From: a virus | Lineage: Duplodnaviria; Caudoviricetes | Direction: 5' to 3' (one strand) | Length of the DNA: 43,718 nt | IMG/VR virus record: IMGVR_UViG_3300020045_002595 | Span: 1-43,718 of that record | Shown: in pieces, positions 43,646 through 43,718 of the stretch | How the letters are laid out: every line of letters starts with the position of its first letter | Numbering within the stretch: position 1 is the stretch's first letter | Program-made: the position numbers and the translations under genes | Notes under the pieces: generated by a model | Told to the model about the DNA's origin: nothing | What the model saw: only the letters and a program-made list of their open reading frames with translations | Databases searched by the model: none

Positions 43646-43718
43646 ATGACAAGGAAGCCACTTTTTAGCCCGTAGGAAGCGATAACAACCAAAAGACATA
43701 GGGCAGGCAGGGGAAGGA
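43598..43718. repeat. Terminal direct repeat (copy 2)
   Basis: Identical to 1-121. Confidence 0.95.

Overview
This window looks like a complete, circularly assembled dsDNA phage genome of about 43,597 bp. Bases 1-121 are repeated exactly at 43598-43718. It is a podovirus of the BPP-1/epsilon15/phiV10 structural type, and every credible gene is on the + strand. Gene order: terminases; portal, scaffold, capsid and cement; tail tubular proteins A/B; ejection proteins; a mixed tail-spike/lysis region; a roughly 1.5 kb RNA-structure-rich control region (28447-30030); an intact 2054-bp cargo-carrying ISL3 element with an 8-bp target duplication; ERF and YqaJ recombination genes; NinB and NinG; many small Zn-finger ORFs; a MazG-like protein; two methyltransferases; and a lambda-O-like initiator with iterons plus DnaB. 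I could not recognise an integrase, CI repressor, DNA/RNA polymerase, tRNA, CRISPR array or DGR. The most unusual observations are: (i) several tailspike/adhesin-like and virion-operon proteins carry Sec-type signal peptides; (ii) a promoter-to-terminator unit has a 105-aa ORF enclosed by a perfect 14-bp inverted repeat and followed by a structured RNA; (iii) two leaders share a loop-pairing switch architecture; (iv) the IS supplies a replacement N-terminus of equal length to the gene it interrupted. All product calls come from motif recognition by eye, and no database search or folding program was run.
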